Source of the DNA: the human T2T-CHM13v2.0 reference genome, Homo sapiens
Assembly: GCF_009914755.1 (NCBI RefSeq)
Contig: NC_060940.1
Direction: 5' to 3' (one strand)
Length of the DNA stretch: 64,000 nucleotides
Shown: positions 60,068-64,000 of the stretch, in pieces
Layout of the letters: each line of letters opens with the position of its first letter
Numbering within the stretch: position 1 is the stretch's first letter
The notes under the pieces: model-generated
Told to the model about the DNA's origin: nothing
Seen by the model: the letters and a program-made list of their open reading frames with translations, nothing else
Databases searched by the model: none
Translations under genes and position numbers: made by a program

Positions 60068-61139
60068 CTACAGTCTTGGTGTTCAATGCACTCGATGGGA
60101 AGGGAACTCTGATTACTGCATGGCCTCTGCCATTTATCCTGAACAAGCCCGAGTGTTCACTGCAGTCCTCAGGCCTGTAATGTAATGTGCCCAGAGCAGG
60201 TGAGGCGGAAGACAAGAGGAGGAAAGATGTGTTCCAACAGGCTCATCATTAATCCCAGCACTGGGGTATCTGCCCTCTTTTGGTTTTGTGCAGGGACAGA
60301 GCCAGTCCTGAGTCCCAGCCTACCTGCCTGGGGCCCAACCTCCTGCCTCTCACCAGCCAGTCCCCTAAAGGGCCAGACCTTGTTCCTGCTTCCCATAATA
60401 GTTGGCTCCCACCACACCCTTCACTCTGAACATCGCCACTAAGCCACTGTGCCTGTCTCTTCCTTGCCGGTCCTCATGGGGAGCATAGGGCTGGGGATAG
60501 AAGTTAGACAGCAAGGAGATGCCCCACTCACCCCTAAAGGATCACAATTTTCAGAGCAAAAGGGATGCTGCTGCGTGCAGCAAAGGGATGCGGAGCTGCC
60601 CTGGGCAGTGGGAAAGGAATTCATGACAACGATGACAGTGATGATTAGCAATGATGGTGATGATGACTGTCAAGGGACTTAGCAGTGCTCTCTCTGAGCA
60701 ACGCCCTCCTTCTTCTCTCACCCCGCACCCCAAACAGGGCAGCCAGCCCTCCCCAGACCTCTTAGGGTCAGGCTAAGCATCGGGACCACCCGTCTCGCAC
60801 TGAGGCAGGAGTTATGCCTGATCTTTACACTTCTTGATCTTTTGGGGATCGTGGATACCCTTGGGAATTTTATGGATGCTATGACTCCCTGCCTAGGGGA
60901 AAGAAAGCATACTTGTAGCTCATTGCAGATTTTGTGTACAATTTCAATGACTCCTCAAGGTTTTAAAAATCCACACATGAACTCTTTAGGGGTCAATGAA
61001 TATATTAATTTATTCCATCACTCAATAAACAACTATGATGTCTACTAATAAGTGGCATGCTGAGTGTTTTCATCTGTAGTTAACTTCTTCGTCAGGGTTG
61101 AACATCAGAATCATCTACAAAAACATCACCTGTGGCCAA

Positions 61140-61305
61140 GGTAGCACAATTTTCAACGCTGACTGCACGTTAGAATTACCTGGAGAGCTTTTTAAAATTC
61201 TATTGCCAAAGCCTCACCTTAGGCCAATTAACTCTGTACCTCTGGGGGTGGAACCCAGGCATCCCCAGGCAAATCCAGTATGTAGCCAAGGGCAAAAACC
61301 ACTGT
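61140..61305 (+). mobile_element. MER5-like MITE
   Basis: CTGCACGTTAGAATTACCTGGAGAGCTTTTTAAAA...GGGGGTGGAACCCAGGCATC. Confidence 0.7.
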
Positions 61306-61318
61306 CTTAGAAAATCCT

Positions 61319-61470
61319 GGTCAGATGCAGCGGCTCCTACTTGTCATCCCTGCACTTTGGGAGGCCAAGGCAAGGAGGACTACTTGAGGCCAGGCATCTG
61401 AGGCCAGCCTGGGCAACACAGCAAGACTCCGTTGCTATAAAAAAAATTATTTTCAAGTGAAAAAAAAAGA
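61319..61470 (+). mobile_element. FLAM-like monomer
   Basis: Left-arm monomer with A-tail. Confidence 0.85.
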
Positions 61471-61702
61471 AAATTAAAACATGTTTTTTAGAAGTTCCCT
61501 AGGTGGTGATGCACACCTCGGGGTCATTCATTTATTCACTAAATCAACGTCTAGTGAGCATCAGGCAGTGTGCTGGGCCTTGAGGGCAGAGCAGAGAATA
61601 AGAAATCAGAATCTCTGCCCTCATTAAGTTTATATTCTGGCTGAGGACCTGGCAATAAATAACCAGTACATAATTCATTCATGTCACAAGGAACATCAAT
61701 TA

Positions 61703-62290
<588 letters not shown>

Positions 62291-62381
62291 AGGATGCCAG
62301 AGGGGAAAAAAGCACCCTGAGGGGTGAAAACAGCCAGTGCCAAGGCCCTGCAGCAGGTAAGAGCATCAAATCATGAAATCA

Positions 62382-62882
62382 TGAGACCATGCTCCAAAGA
62401 GCTAAAGAAACCACTAACAGAAATTCTTGAATTTGCAGGAAGGCAAATAAAAAAAGAAACAATTTGAAACTCCTTTCACTTATAACAAAACCAGCTGCAA
62501 TCAGCTGGAAGCAATATGGCCAACTGGAGTTAGTGCAAGACCAGCTTGCTGATGTCACAGCCTGAATTTCCACTGCATGTTTCACACTCACTCCCTCCAA
62601 ATTTGCACATGGGACCCATGAGGAGGCATGAAGAGGTAACTGCACATGCCAAAGGTCTTTGCAGACCTCACTTCTCCTTGCACCAATAACCTACTAATCT
62701 CAGAATCCACTCCCTAAACCTTTTCTAATAAAACTACTGCCTTAAAGCCAGCACAGGGAGAGAGATTTGAGCTGACTCCTGCCTCCTTCTGAGCCAACTT
62801 GCAATAAAAAGCTTTTCTCAGAAACCCAGTTTCATAGTGTTGGGGTCCAGGGCATCCAGCTGTGAGTCCCTTTTGCAATAAG
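62382..62882 (+). mobile_element. ERV1 solo LTR (MER66-like)
   Basis: TGAGACC start, CCAAT box, AATAAA, CAGGGAGAGAGATTTGAGC; family assignment from memory only. Confidence 0.6.
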
Positions 62883-63023
62883 AGAGTGCTCAGCCTGGTC
62901 AAGCATCCAAGGTGAGAAAGGGGCAGGGCGTGGTGTGTGATGAAGTTGGGAGAGCCAGACCAGGCCAGGGCCTTGATGATCCGGCCTGCTGTATTCCCTC
63001 CTGTCCTCAAAACCACTCAGCAG

Positions 63024-63350
<327 letters not shown>

Positions 63351-63507
63351 TGAAACACTCAGCAAGCAGGCAGAGACTTGGGAGAGAAGAAACTCGGCTC
63401 ATAGGATCTCGGCTGGGACACACGCCTGAGGCCCCTGACCTGATGTCTGGCCACAGACTCCTCAGAAAGGCTCCCGAGAGGGTGACACCCACCCCCTCTG
63501 GCCATGA

Positions 63508-63999
<492 letters not shown>

Positions 64000-64000
64000 A

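Overview
This window is primate (very probably human) non-coding genomic DNA, either intergenic or deep intronic. I can support no protein-coding exon, RNA gene or CRISPR array. The ORF track is explained by Alu, L1, LTR and simple-repeat sequence or by chance ORFs. Much of the window is interspersed repeats: about 40 Alu/FLAM/FRAM elements, a near full-length old L1MC at 1-6820, L1MA/L1PA fragments, MaLR LTRs (THE1 x4, MST x2, MLT1), ERV LTRs (MLT2A, LTR8 x2, MER51, MER4, LTR16-like, MER66-like), DNA-transposon relics (MER2, MADE1, MER58A, MER5, MER96B) and MIR/L2. Subfamily names come from recalled consensus sequences, not from a RepeatMasker run. Between the repeats are five repeat-free islands with homeodomain/TALE/GATA motifs, some also retaining CpG, that look like developmental enhancers (about 25.6, 30.8, 37.6, 46.9 and 48.8 kb). 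The most unusual signal is a set of four local, non-tandem direct duplications of 42-357 bp, 0.6-2.5 kb apart. Two are demonstrably copied into the middle of a transposon, and one brackets a candidate enhancer. Also notable are a segment-permuted Alu, a very short twin-primed inverted L1 and a target site used twice by Alus. I found no evidence for a novel multi-gene system.
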